Below are positions 23,801 through 38,810 of a stretch of 64,000 nt of DNA, piece after piece. A program made the position numbers and the translations under genes. The notes under the pieces were generated by a model. It made no database searches. It saw only the letters and a list, made by a program, of their open reading frames with translations, and was not told the origin of the DNA. Origin of the DNA: Paraspadella gotoi (taxonomy: Eukaryota > Animalia > Chaetognatha); assembly GCA_051294375.1 (NCBI GenBank), contig CM119269.1, forward strand, positions 17,842,265-17,906,264, read 5' to 3'. How positions within the stretch are numbered: position 1 is the stretch's first letter; the number at the start of each line of letters is the position of its first letter.

Positions 23801-26800
23801 ATCAAAAATATAAAACATGTTATCAAAAATTCTGTCATCTTCAATGTTTAAAATAAAAAAAAGGTGAAAATTCCTGACTTTTTTATTCTCTGTAGTAGAA
23901 ACTTATATATGTTAAAACATTTTAGTCATTTTTTGTGATCTAAACATTAAAATATCATATAACATATTTTATAAAAGTTTCTTAGTTTTTTACAGCGAAT
24001 CCAAATCAGTTCTTAAAAATAAAATAAAAATATTTTGAAATTTGACGATTTTATAAGGATATTACTACATAAATAATTGAATTTGCTATACTGTTATGCT
24101 AAAAAAATTTTTAAAAGGATTTAAAATTCATTAATTATATGTCCAAAGGAAGCAAAAAAATAGTGTTCAATCACTCAATCTTTTCATCACTCCACCCTAG
24201 TATACAGTAAGGCAGAAGTAATAATTAAATAGATCTGTTCTCAGACAAATAACAGAAATGACACGATAACGTTCGCCCAAAATTGCTCGCGTCGTCGTCG
24301 GAAGGCTAAGACTGACCGAGGGACGTTCCCTTCCGTGTTGTCGAGTCGAGAACCGAAAGAAAAGCTGCAGATTTTGGTCGCCTTCGATCCGAAGTCGATC
24401 TCCAGCCATTGGGGTGGAGGATTTTGACTGTGCCAGAGATTGACGCCGTTCTGCAGGGGTTGATCAATGATCGTGAAAGTTTATCGCGAGGGCGAATTAT
24501 GATTGTCATAATATTAAAAGATTGGTTGTGACCCAATACTTACTCTTCGTTGACCTGAATGGACAATTGTACACTGTACAAAATAAGAAAAATAATTACA
24601 GTGTAGGGCCTACACTGTACCGTGTACGTCCATTGAGATGAACTGCATCCTCATGATTCGCGAAGAGTAAGTATTGGGTTGGGATTGAACCCGGTATCTC
24701 ATGGTTATGAAGTCTCGGCTTTTCCACTCTTCCGAAAAATATTGAGTCACATCGTTCCCCCACAGTACTTCTCGACATCCTGCAATCACCTCGATGCAGG
24801 CCTGAACGCTCTGACTCGGTCCAAGGTCGCACACTGTTGTCAGGGGACGCAGCGCCTTATCTGGTTTGGATTCGTCGAAGATGAAGGAAGAGGCGCGGAC
24901 GGAGACTTGGGGGATGGTGGCGATGTTGAAATCGGAGCAGGGTGGACCGGAGGGGCCGGGGGTGCCTGGGGAGGAATTGGGAAGGTGTGGAANNNNNNNN
25001 NNATAAGTCACAATGATAATTATATGTGTAATAGTATAATTATTAAGTATAATAAATATTTCACTTATATTCTATGTGGAACAGTATAATAAATTACAAT
25101 ATATGTATTAATATCCGTATAAAATTATAAATTTTTAAAAATGATTTTTTTCATAATTTTTTTATAGATTCAGATTCTCCATAAAAAAATGAAAACATTT
25201 AAAAAAATGTTTAGATTTCTGATATTTTCAGTATCAAAATTAAAAAAAATGGTTTAAATTTTTAATTTTTTTATTTTCTGGAGTAATAATTATTATATGA
25301 TAAAATATTTTATTTATTTTTTGCGGCTTTAACATTAAAACATATTACATATTTTACCAAAAAATTTTCCACACCTTCCCAATTCCTCCCCAGGCACCCC
25401 CGGCCCCTCCGGTCCACCCTGCTCCGATTTCAACATCGCCACCATCCCCCAAGTCTCCGTCCGCGCCTCTTCCTTCATCTTCGACGAATCCAAACCAGAT
25501 AAGGCGCTGCGTCCCCTGACAACAGTGTGCGACCTTGGACCGAGTCAGAGCGTTCAGGCCTGCATCGAGGTGATTGCAGGATGTCGAGAAGTACTGTGGG
25601 GGAACGATGTGACTCAATATTTTTCGGAAGAGTGGAAAAGCCGAGACTTCATAACCATGAGATACCGGGTTCAATCCCAACCCAATACTTACTCTTCGCG
25701 AATCATGAGGATGCAGTTCATCTCAATGGACGTACACGGTACAGTGTAGGCCCTACACTGTAATTATTTTTCTTATTTTGTACAGTGTACAATTGTCCAT
25801 TCAGGTCAACGAAGAGTAAGTATTGGGTCACAACCAATCTTTTAATATTATGACAATCATAATTCGCCCTCGCGATAAACTTTCACGATCATTGATCAAC
25901 CCCTGCAGAACGGCGTCAATCTCTGGCACAGTCAAAATCCTCCACCCCAATGGCTGGAGATCGACTTCGGATCGAAGGCGACCAAAATCTGCAGCTTTTC
26001 TTTCGGTTCTCGACTCGACAACACGGAAGGGAACGTCCCTCGGTCAGTCTTAGCCTTCCGACGACGACGCGAGCAATTTTGGGCGAACGTTATCGTGTCA
26101 TTTCTGTTATTTGTCTGAGAACAGATCTATTTAATTATTACTTCTGCCTTACTGTATACTAGGGTGGAGTGATGAAAGATTGAGTGATTGAACACTATTT
26201 TTTTTGCTTCCTTGGCATATAATTAATGAATTTTAAATCCTTTTAAAAATTTTTTAGCATAACAGTATAGCAAATTCAATTATTTATGTAGTAATATCCT
26301 TATAAAATCGTCAAATTTCAAAATATTTTATTTTATTTTTTAAGAACTGATTGGATTCGCTGTAAAAAACTAAGAAACTTTATAAAATATGTTATATGAT
26401 ATTTTAATGTTTAGATCACAAAAATGACAAATGTTTTAACATATATAAGTTTTTACTACAGAGAATAAAAAAGTCAGGAATTTTCCCTTTTTTTTATTTT
26501 AACATTGAAGATGACAGAATTTTTGATAACATGTTTTATATTTTTGATTCAACTTTTTATGAAGAATCTGAATTTTTATTAAAAGTTTTATAAAAATTAT
26601 TTTTAAAATTTACTATTTTATAAGGATATTACTACAAAATATTATATTTTACTATTCTTTCCCGAAATAAATGAACGAAATATTTTTTGTACTAATTAAT
26701 CATACTATCTCACATTTAAATATCATTGTTTGATCATTCAAATAATTTTTTCGTTCTTGGTGCTCCACTCTACTGTATACCTGCCGGACTGCTCTACTCC

Positions 26801-29800
26801 AAAAAAAGGGATTAAAGAATATTATCAATATTGGATTTTGCAAAAATGAGGCTCTCTGCTTTCCTTTGAGTAGTTCCCGTAAATTTTACAAGTTAGTGGA
26901 TTCTTAATTACAAAAGATTAGCGTTTTTTATAAAACGGATACATCTGTGACTAAAAATATCTTTTTTTAGGTCGTCTGTCTGCCCGTCTGTTGGGAGACT
27001 TTATACTAAATAAAGAAATTGAAAAATTGAAAAATCATCTAAATCACATATTTTCGTGGAAAAAATAAGGAACAAAAAAGTTTTTGTGTTCCGCATGAAT
27101 ATTTTCGCGTTACGCAATGGCAAGGCCATGAGCGTTGAACCCGCACTACATCGGAATCCTTTTATTCTTTATAAGACTCTTAAATATCAAAGGGTACGCA
27201 GGCAGTCGCTTAGATGCGAGGTTCTTTAAATACCAGCAACTAAATTTTAGGCGAATTTTGGAGTCATGAGATCATCACAAGTATGTTTACATATGCTCGT
27301 TAAAGTCTTATGGTTCCTCACTTCCATACCAAATATGAACTAAATTTATCAAGTATTGCTAATGTTATGAGCGTTTTTATTATTAATAGGACAGACTTAC
27401 AGAACCGAACGAACTGACTGACCGAAAGTGATTCATGATTGAGGCCCGGACGGCTATTTCGAGGGAACGCAAATGAATCATACATGATTCGCGATGAAAA
27501 ACAAATAAAGAAGAGGAGGTAATGAAAGAGAAGTCTACTTCAGCCGAGGCTATGATTCACTCGGAGACTGAATCTTGTTTCAATGCGCTGCAATGAAATA
27601 TAAAATTCGCGGGTGGCAGAAATGTCGTGATTAAAAAAAGGAGTTTAATTGCGAGCCACTCTCTTTCTTCCATTAGCGATGACTCCGTTCCAGACTCTTG
27701 TCATCTTCACTTTGTTTTTTTCTCTTTTTCTTTCTTCTTTTTTTTCCTTTTTTCCCCCTTTTTTTCTCCATTTCGTTTTCTTTTTGCTTTTACCAACACG
27801 ATATTGTTTTTCTAATTTTATTCGCCATTTTCTTTTACCCATTTATCCGCAGAGACGCGCCGATGGATTATGAGCTTCAATTTGCTGACTCCTACTCCGG
27901 ATGTTGAAGAGTCTTGGACGACGCTTTCCAAGTTTGTGGTTTTTTTTTTTTTTTGTTTTTTTTTCACTCGACAAAAGCGAAAGCTTCGGGTTGTGGAGAA
28001 AAATGTGGATACGATGACTCAGTGGCAGAAAAATCATGTAAGAAAGAAAGATATAAAGTGGGAAACGAAGCAACCTATGCATGCGTTTCAATTCAACAAG
28101 CAATATTCGATATCAAAGAAAAATATTTCACGTACTAACCAGTAACCACTCAACTAAATAATATTACAAATATCAAATATTACAAATATCACTGTCTTTT
28201 CACAAATAATATTTTGCTTTTCTAAACAGCCTCAATATTTTTTTAATAAAATAACATATACTATGATTTTGTCATAAAGTTTGAATTACTCAAATTTGGA
28301 TTTTCAGATGCTTCCCGATGATAGGCCATAAACCGATTCGTATTTCTCTTCTCCCTCATGAATTTGTCACCAGGTCGAATAGGATAAAGAATTAATGAGT
28401 TTCGCTCTGGCAAACCGACCTTTGATGACGACGACGACGACGACGACGATTACCCAAACAAAAAGGGATTTCGTATTTATTAAATTGGCTGCGTTCCGTG
28501 TTCGCCCCTCTCCTGTGTGCAGGTTCGTCGTAATGCGTCCCTGGAGCGCTGGGGACAAAGTCGTGCAGCGCCTCGGACCGCAGACCAACGCCGCACCGAT
28601 ACTGGCGCCTGCTCGTCACCCGCGTTGAGGGCAGACCCGACAACAGTTTCTTTTGTAGTGATCAGGGATCTGCAGATGTTTCCATTCGGAGACGATACAG
28701 GTGGAAAAAATAGAGTGATTTGAAATGGTTGACTGTGAGACTGTCCGATTGCAGAATACGGATGGTTGGTGGCGATAATGCGGCAAACTGGCGGTGAAAA
28801 TGGAGCGTGAGATGACGTGAGATTGGATCGGGAACCTGTGAGAGTCGATGATGTGAAATCAAATGGGTTCGAACTTGAAGAAGAGTGGCGGGCAATCTTA
28901 TTGAAATAGTTTGGCGTGTAATCACTTTGTCACAGTTATGGTGGAATAAAATCCACCAACCATTCATCAGCAGCCATTGGTGCCGGAGGCAAGTCATTCA
29001 CCTCCCAACCCAAAGCTCCTGGGTTCTAGCCCGGTGGTTGCCTAGCAGTTAAGAGGGACGGGGCGCTTAACCCGCCTGTAACACGGGTGTTACAGCCTGA
29101 TCCAAAGCTCATGGACTGCTTATATGAATGGTTTTGTCACTAACACATAACAATAATACTGTCTCTTCACAGTGATAGAAAATTCGGAATAATGAAATGG
29201 TTGAAAAAATTTTTAAAAGTAAAGGGGTCTGACTGATTTTCTTCGCTGGTACTAACAGATTTTAATACGTTCGTACAACTTTTCTCCGTGTTTAGTCCCG
29301 ACACAAAACCCCTGCACCGGAGTGTTTTGCTACAACGGAGGCCAATGCCAAGGCGGCAATGCATTTGTCCATCGGGTTACGATGGCCCTTTTTTGCCAAA
29401 ATTCAATCTTAACTTGTCAAAATATCAACTGTTTAAAACGGGGCCAGTGCAACAACGGTGTTTGTATTTGCGTCAATGATTATTCGGGAACCTATTGCGA
29501 AATATCTCCAGACCCATGTCGCAATATCTACTGCTTAAACGGTGGTAATTGCAAAGATGGCTTGTGTTCCTGCATCAATGGCTTTGTGGGAAGCTTTTGC
29601 GCAGACCGCACCCAACTCTTGCCAAAATATCGTCCTGCTTCAATGGGGGAAATTGCAACCAGGGCGTCTGTAATTGCGTCAATGGTTACTCGGAACGAGG
29701 TGTAAAATTGCACCAAATACTTGCGCTAATATTAATTGTTTAAACGGAGGCGTTTGTCAGAATGGAGAGTGTAATTGCATCAATGATTTCTCGGGAACTA

Positions 29801-32800
29801 AGTGTGAAATTGCCCCTAATGCTTGCAACAACGTTAATTGTAAAAACGGTGGCATTTGTCAAAATGGGGAGTGCTATTGCATAATGGTTACTTGGGGACA
29901 AGGTGTGAAATCCAACCTAACTCTTGCGCCAACCTTAATTGTTTAAACGGTGGCGTTTGCCAAAATGGGGAGTGTTATTGTATAGACGGGTTTTCGGGAA
30001 ACCTATTGCGAAACGCTTCCCGACCTTTGCCAAAATGTACATTGTTTCAATGATGGAATATGCAATGCTGGGATATGTTTTTGCGTCAATAGTTATTCTG
30101 GAACTTACTGCGGAATTCCGCCAGATCTTTGCCGTAACGTTTATTGCCTCAACGGCGGAACCTGCAATGATGGCGTCTGTTCTTGCGTCGATAATTATTA
30201 CGGAGTTTACTGCGAGTTCTCGCCCGATCCTTGTAGCGTCATAAACTGTTTCAACGCCGGTTATTGTAAAGACGGTAGCTGCGTCTGCATAAACGGATAC
30301 GCTGGGAAAAAATTGTGAGGTGGCTCCGAACCTTTGTCTCAACGTAGATTGCGGAGACAAAGGCTACTGCGTCGATGGGACGTGTAAATGTATTCAAGAT
30401 ATAGCGGGCAGCGATGCGAGATTGCGCCCGACCAGTGTACCGGTGTCGTTTGCTATAATCAGGGAACTTGCCAGGCTGGGGTCTGCGTTTGTCGTCCAAA
30501 TTACAGCGGCCCTGACTGTAGGACAGGTTAGATGCCGTTTTTTTTTTGTTTTTTTTAAGCAAAAGGTTAAAAAGCAAAGAATAAAATATTATTTATAACT
30601 TCGTTTTTTTTTTCCAATTCACCAGCGAATAATTGCGCGGAAAGAATTGCTTGAACGGAGGCCAATGTTCCAACGGAATCTGCGTTTGCTTCAACGGATA
30701 CAGCGGGCCCAACTGCGAATTAAGCCCATGTAAGAAGAAAGACGATCAATCAATCATTCGGAAATATTTATAACCAGAGAGACTCGTTGATTGTTTATTC
30801 TCAGCTACGTATTCGAGTCTCCAGCCAACGACGACTCCGCGACGACATCGCCGTTGACTTCCCCCTTTTCGCCGTTGACTTCCCCGTCGACTTCGCCTTC
30901 GACGCTCCCGCCCAGCTGCCCCAACGTGGCCACCCTGGGCGGGATGTACACCGACCTCCTCGGTCGGCGCCTCGTCAGAGATAAACTCCATCCGGCCAAA
31001 GACGCCGTGCGACCGCTGACCACCGTCTGCACCGATGAGATGCGTGCCAGGGGCGATGTAGCCTAAGCGACGTCAAATACTGGATGAGTAAAGATCCTCC
31101 GCCGCAATGGATCGCCTTTGACTTTGGTGAGGGTGAGGATGGGGGGGGTGTGGGGGTGGGGAGTTGGTTTTAAAGCGTAGAAGGTGAGTTTCCTGCGACG
31201 TTGGCTCGACGTTAGGTGTGATTGTGAGCGTCCTGAGAACAGCCTTGAACAAGGAACCTCTGGTCCTGATAGTGTGGACGAACGTTACATTTCCAACTTA
31301 TTATGTTTGCTCAGTCATTTTTAAAAAAAATCTTTTAGCGATCTATATGTAGTTTTGGCAGCGCCATATTGACTAAACAAGACCGGAATTTCAAATGAGC
31401 GTTATCCGACGTGATTTCTTAGTCTTTTATTTTTTATCAGTTTTGATTATCCTGAAGACGGCGCAAGCAGTCACTTAGATATGAGGAGAGAGAGAGAGAG
31501 AGAGAGAGAGATAGGTAGTAAGGCGTAGTGAAAGTTACATACGAAAATTCGAAAAGTCAAATATGAAACAACATACCATCAGTGAACATTAATTTGTAAA
31601 AAAAAATTAATTTTATGTTTTTTAATTTTCGCAGTAGGCTGTATTTATATATAGTACTATCCTTATAAAATCTGAAAAAATTTCAAAATAGGCTTTCTTA
31701 ATTTTGGTTGCAGATTTGAATTCCTCGTCAAAAGTTGATAAAAGAAAAATATAAATCATTTTTAAAATTCTTTCATTAAGTGGGTTAAAAATTAAAAAAA
31801 CTATAATTAATATATAAAAAGTTAATTTTCAGTTTAAAATATAACTTTTTCTAATTTTTGACCTACTTAATGAAGAATTTTCAATATAGATTATATTTCT
31901 TTCTATCAACTTTTTTATGACGAATCCAAATCTGCAAAAAAATTTTAAAAAAACTTTTTTGAAATTTTAACATTTATTGGTTTAGTACTAGTATAAATAT
32001 GGCCTACTGCGTAAATTGTAAAAATTTATTATAATTTTTTTATTACATAAATGTTCATTAGTATAATATTGTTGTTCCTCACTTTTAGAATTTTAATTAA
32101 AGTCTAATTTAGAAATTTTACTACGCCTTAATAGGTAGAGCCCGCGGGGAAAGAAGTTTAAAATGTCTCATTCATGAAAAAATGATTATGTTTTTACTTA
32201 TAAAAGAGATCCGGGAAACTTCTTTACTCAAGAAGTAACAAAATCGAGTTCAGCCTGGATAAAAAAAAAGCCGTTGGGCTAAATACGACACAGCACAAGA
32301 AGAATTACAAAAGAGAAATAAACCTGGTTCGATTTGTCTCAATGCTTTTTTCGTATTTCTCGCTGCAGGAGACCAAACCAAGAACTTGAGTCTTAAGGAT
32401 GGCGAGAAGTAAAGCAAGGAAAAACTCTTTTTTTGTTCAATTTTAAAAAAAAACTTGCTTTTTTTCGCCTTCTGGCTGCCTTCTGGCTGCCTTTTTTGTG
32501 CTTCTTACCAATTTTTGTCTTTTTACCTTCTGCCTATTTTTTTTGCCGTCTCCTTATCTCTGTGAGCTTTGTTTTTGTAACCTTCTCATGCCCATACTTA
32601 TCCTTCNNNNNNNNNNNNNNNNNNNNNNNNNTGGGAAGGTGTGGAATTGAAGAGGCGAGGGAGGGAAGAAGAAAATCGCAGGCGAAAAATATAACTGTTA
32701 TTTCAAGATGAAATATAGATACATTCGAAAGATAAGTTAGTTAAAAAAAACAAGAAAAACCTCTGCTGCACGGTTAAAAAATTTTTTTAGTAATGACAAG

Positions 32801-35800
32801 TGAAAAGCAGATTTAATGAATAAAAATCGTCGCAACCCCCAAAGGAAAAAAATAAAGAGGGACAAAAATATCTCAGAATTTTTCGGCCACTGACAAGAAA
32901 TAATTCTCGCCCTTAAGCCAAAGGAAACGATAAATCAAAATGGCGAAGGAATTTATCGGGTCGACCTGTGGGAATCGGCGCCTCGGACGACGGCGCCGCG
33001 TTGGTCGTCGTCGTCGTCGTTGTTGTTGTTGTTGTCGCCCCACCGCAGTTCACGTTGGGAGGAAAATCACAAACGGAAACTTGCGGGTTGAAGAAAAGAG
33101 TCGGGGGACACGACATCTCGTGGGCGATTCCGTGGTCGCAACTGAGAGAAGAATATTACCTATATATTATATACTATTTACGCAATAGATTTATATAAAA
33201 TAATATATTCTACTACAATAGAATTAATGGAAAAAAATATTAGTGCAGAACAGCGATTTTGCAATGAATTTAATAGGATGTATTTGTTAGAGGAAGGAAC
33301 GAATTTTAATTTTTAAAATTAGCTGTTAACTACAATCCTAAGAAAGTCATTTCCTGCGGGCACATTATCGATTTGCGAGTCAAAAAGCAATTTCGCTTGT
33401 CCCAACGCCATTTGACGAGACAAAATATCCNNNNNNNNNNNNNNNNNNNNNNNNNTCAAAGGAAAGCAGAGAGCCTCATTTTTGCAAAATCCAATATTGG
33501 ATAATATTCTTTAATCCCTTTTTTTGGAGTAGAGCAGTCCGGCAGGTATAAGTAGGTGGAAAGCACTCAAGAACGAAAAAATTATTTGAATGATCAAACA
33601 ATGATAATTTAAATGTGAGATAGTATGATTAATTAGTACAAAAAATATTTCGTTCATATTATTTCGGAACAGAATAGTAAAATATAATATATTTGTAGTA
33701 ATATCCTTATAAAATAGTAAATTTTAAAAATAATTTTTATAAAACTTTTAATAAAAATTCAGATTCTTCATAAAAAGTTGAATCAAAAATATAAAACATG
33801 TTATCAAAAATTCTGTCATCTTCAATGTTAAAATAAAAAAAAGGGGAAAATTCCTGACTTTTTTATTCTCTGTAGTAAAAACTTATATATGTTAAAACAT
33901 TTGTCATTTTTGTGATCTAAACATTAAAATATCATATAACATATTTTATAAAGTTTCTTAGTTTTTTTACAGCGAATCCAAATCAGTTCTTAAAAAATAA
34001 AAAAAATATTTTGAAATTTGACGATTTTATAAGGATATTACTACATAAATAATTGAATTTGCTATACTGTTATGCTAAAAAATTTTTAAAAGGATTTAAA
34101 ATTCATTAATTATATGCCATAAGGAAGCAAAAAAATAAGTGTTTCAATCACTCAAATCTTTCATCACTCCGACCCTAGTATACAGTAAGGCAGAAAGTAA
34201 TAATTAAATAGATCTGTTCTCAGACAAATACAAAATGACCACGATAACGTTCGCCAAAATTGCTCGCGGTCGTTGTCGGAAGGCTAAGACTGACCGAGGG
34301 GACGTTCCCTTCCGTGTTGTCGAGTCGAGAACCGAAAAGAAAGCTGCAGATTTTGGTCGCCTTCGATCCGAAGTCGACTCCAGCCATTGGGGAGGTGGAG
34401 GATTTTGACTGTGCCAGAGATTGACGCCGTTCTGCAGGGGTTGATCAATGATCGTGAAAGTTTATCGCGAGGGCGAATTATTGATTGTCATAATATAAAA
34501 GATTGTGTGTGACCCATACTTACTCTTCGTTGACCTGAATGGACAATTGTACACTGTACAAAATAAGAAAAATAATTACAGTGTAGGGCCTACACTGTAC
34601 CGTGTACGTCCATTGAGATGAACTGCATCCTCATGATTCGCGAAGAGTAAGTATTGGGTTGGATTGAACCCGGTATCTCATGGTTATGAAGTCTCGGCTT
34701 TTCCACTCTTCCGAAAAATATTGAGTCACATCGTTCCCCACAGTACTTCTCGACATCCTGCAATCACCTCGATGCAGGCCTGAACGCTCTGACTCGGTCC
34801 AAGGTCGCACACTGTTGTCAGGGGACGCAGCGCCTTATCTGGTTTGGATTCGTCGAAGATGAAGGAAGAGGCGCGGACGGAGACTTGGGGGATGGTGGCG
34901 ATGTTGAAATCGAGCAGGGTGGACCGGAGGGGCCGGGGGTGCCTGGGGAGGAATTGGGAAGGTGTGGAATTGAAGAGCGGAGGGAGGGAAGAAGTAAATC
35001 GCAGAGGAAAAAATAACAGTTTTATTTAAGATAAGTTATTAAAAAAAACAAGAAAACATCTGCTGCACGGTTGAAAAAATTTTTTTTTAGTAATGACAAG
35101 TGAAAAGCAGATTTAATGAATAAAAATCGTCGCAACCCCCAAGGAAAAAAATAAAGAGGGACAAAAATATCTCAGAATTTTTCGGCCACTGACAAGAAAT
35201 AATTCTCGCCTTAAGCCAAAGGAAACGAATAAATCAAAATGGCGAAGGAATTTATCGGGTCGACCTGTGGAATCGGCGCCTCGGACGACGACGCCGCGTT
35301 GGTCGTCGTGTGTCGTTGTTGTTGTCGCCCCAACGCAGTTCACGTTGGGAGGAAAATCACAAACGGAAACTGCGGGTTGAAGAAAAGAGTCGGGGACACG
35401 ACATCTCGTGGGCGATTCCGTGGTCGCAACTGAGAGAAGAATATCATATTATATATATATATATATTTATATAAAATAATATATTCTACTCAATAGAATT
35501 AATGGAAAAAATATTAGTGCAGAACAGCGATTTTGCAATGAATTTAATAGGATTTATTTGTTAGAGGAAGGAACGAATTTTAATTTTTAAAATAGCTTTA
35601 ACTTCAATCCTAAGAAAGTCATTTCCTGCGGGCACATTATCGATTTGCGAGTCAAAAAGCAATTTCGCTTGTCCCAACGCCATTTGACGAGCGCAAATAT
35701 CCTTTTAATAGAAGAAAAAATTTGACACAACTTTTTGATATTTTTTTTTTTTGTTTTTTTTTTTTGCATTTCGTCAAATTCGATTCTGGGCTTCGGGGCT

Positions 35801-38038
35801 TCCGTTTCGTACTCCTGCGACGGACGCTCTATATCCCCTGTTACGAAATAACTATCTTTAATATTGCGAGGAAATCCAGCTTCTCTACCTTTTCCCCGTT
35901 GCTCTTTTGCTCCTTTATTACTTGACATCGAAAAATGCTTCCATTCTAGCGATCGACACGACATCTTAGGCTCTTTCTTGTGTTTTACTTAAGTACAGAA
36001 TTCCGAGGCCCATGGCCAGTGTACAGCTTGATTCTGATTGGTGCTCCGTGAGGAAAATATGATGAAGACGGATGCGAGATATCGGGTGGGTTGGGGACTG
36101 GGGAGTTGAAACAGCCAGAGGAATTCTCGATCTGGAGGGAATGACGATCATGAGAGCGAGATGTCTCCGGTGGTCCGGAATAGACGCAGCTGCCGGGCGG
36201 AGTGAAAATAGATTCGCAGAAAGAAAAATCGTTTTTCTCTGATGTAAATTTTTTTTTTCAAGAATAATTAATGCCTTTCCCTCCCATTTTCCGCTTCAAG
36301 CGCCACCTTCCCAAAATCGATGATTCAAAAACTGACCCGTCAATCTGCCGACCTGTAAAATTTGTCGCAGCTCGGGTGGGGAAAGAGGCCTGGTCCGGGG
36401 CAGACGAAGGCCTGTTGCGACGCCGATATCAGAGGGCGTCGGGGGTACACCTGAACCGTAGGCGGAGACGGCGGCGTCGTTGCCGGCGTTGGCACACTAG
36501 GTATGATTTAATAAATTAAGTGTGGTAAATATACTTATATAGAGAGAAACCGATGTTTAGGAAATTTAGAATATAAAAAGAATTAGCAGTTTATTATGTG
36601 ATATGTACTACATAGGAAATTTCATAAAGAAAAAAAATTTATAAAAAAGCTATATGTACAGTAGAGTGGAGCTCTCGGGAACAAAAATTTTATTTAAGAT
36701 AAGTCACAATGATAATTATATATGTAATAGTATAATTATTAAGTATAATAAATATTTTATTTATATTCTATGTGGAACAGTATCATAAATTACAATATAT
36801 GTATTAATATCCGTATAAAATTATAAATTTTTAAAAATGATTTTTTTCAAAATTTTTTGATAGATTCAGATTCTTCATAAAAAGTCAAATGAAAACATTT
36901 AAAAAAATGTTTTTTAAATTTCTGATGTTTTCAGTATCAAAAATAAAAATGGTTTAAATTTTTATTTTTTTTATTTTCTGGAATAATAATTATTATATGA
37001 TAAAATATTTTATTTATTTTTCGCGGCTTTAACATTAAAACATCATATTACATATTTTACCAAAAAATTAATTTTTTTCTGGCAAATCTAATTCTATTCT
37101 TAAAATGAAAAAAAATTATTTTGAAATTTTATACATTTATTGAAAAAGATTCCTTGGGGGGGGGTTATCAGTTTCAGATGAGAACATTGTTTGAGCAGTG
37201 CTTAATCTCGACTTAATATTAACTCAATCCATATATCAAAAGATAAAATAGAATAATGACTTTATTAAGTATTAAATATATAATAAGCATTGAGAGACGT
37301 GCATCAGAATGACCGATAGCCAAAATGCAGCAGCAGCAGCAGTAGAGCCGATACGCAGCAACAGTAGCAGTAAAACCAAGATGCAACAACAGAGCCGAAA
37401 CGCAGCAATAGCTCAAAGCTACATAAAAGCTTAAAATTAATTAACATATTCAAATAATTTCACAAATATCATATAATACCTGATGGTCTCAGAGGAATCT
37501 CTCAAAAATTAAGAATTTACTCTCCTTTTATATACAAGGACAACATTTTAACAACCAATGAGAGGAGAGTTCACATTTTAAGAATAAAATCAAAACATCT
37601 ACTAGTTATCATTAACCAATGAGAGACCAGATATTCAAATTCAATGTATAAAATTCAACCAATTAGAGGCTTTAAACTGAACTATTGGAGTCATTCAATT
37701 AAACCTTAAATTCAGATATTTGAGCCATTAAAAAATAAAAGGTCAGGGCTCAATTCAGATAAAAATTATTATAAACTCTTTAACATTTATAAAACGATTT
37801 ATCATATTGTTACACTCCAATTTTTTTTCAAAGGCTTAGGTTTTATCATTTACTTATAAAAATGTTTTTATCACTCCACCCTAATGTACAAAGCTGTTTA
37901 AAATTTTCTCTGTAAATGATTAATGAAGAAGCACAACATTTAAAGAAAAAAATGGGAAAAAAGAACAAAACACATTGCGTGACAAAACAAATAACTGGTA
38001 TTTTGAAAAATGTCTCCTTTTCCCTCTCTCTCTCTCTT

Positions 38039-38076
<38 letters not shown>

Positions 38077-38565
38077 AATATTTCATTCTCCCTTTTTTCT
38101 CCGTAGCAAAGGAAACGTCATGCTTACTTGCTCTAAGCAAACAACTTGTCTTTTTATTAATCTTTCACCTTTTGCCGATCGGGATTCCTCTCGCTAAAAC
38201 TAGGACGGCCAGGATTTGAGTGATGGCTCCCTGGGAACACTGGGAAAGGGAGAGAGAAAGAGAGAGATAAAGAGAGAGAGAGAGAGGGAGAGAGAGAGAG
38301 AGCCAGCAAGAGAAAGAAAGCGAGAGAGAGAGCGAAATTATAAAGAAAGTAAAAAAGAAAGGAAAAAAAAGAACAAAAGAAAGTAAAAAAAGAAAGAAAG
38401 AAAGAAGGAAATAAAGAAAGAAAGAAAGTATAAAAAATAAAAGAAAAAAAGAAAGAAAGTAAGGAAAAAAGAAAGAAAGAAGGAAGGAAATAAAGAAAGA
38501 AAGAAAGTATAAAAAATAAAAGAAAGAAAGAAAGAAAGAAAGAAGGAAATAATGAAAGAAAGAAA

Positions 38566-38607
<42 letters not shown>

Positions 38608-38747
38608 AGAAGGAAAACAATCAAATACAAAAAGACAGTGTCATAAATAATGCACAAAAAGAAGGAAAACCAAAAGTAAAAAAAAATATAATGGAAATGA
38701 AAAAAGATTAAAAGAAAGAAAGACAAAAAGAAAGAAAAAAGAAAGAT

Positions 38748-38810
<63 letters not shown>

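Larger units (their letters stand above)
17660..32606. repeat. Large inverted duplication (arms ~17660-24992 and ~25367-32606)
   Basis: The right arm is the reverse complement of the left. Identical ORF translations appear on opposite strands (e.g. 24197-24409 - and 25950-26162 +). The right arm has many 1-nt indels. Confidence 0.95.

Noticed and set aside
21583-24992. Bacterial contamination or recent horizontal transfer of the F5/8C-like domain
   Set aside because: The domain is interrupted by spliceosomal introns and spliced to animal-type EGF and CBM14 exons.
25367-31127. A functional third paralog on the + strand
   Set aside because: It is nearly identical to the left arm apart from frameshifting single-base indels and has no first exons.
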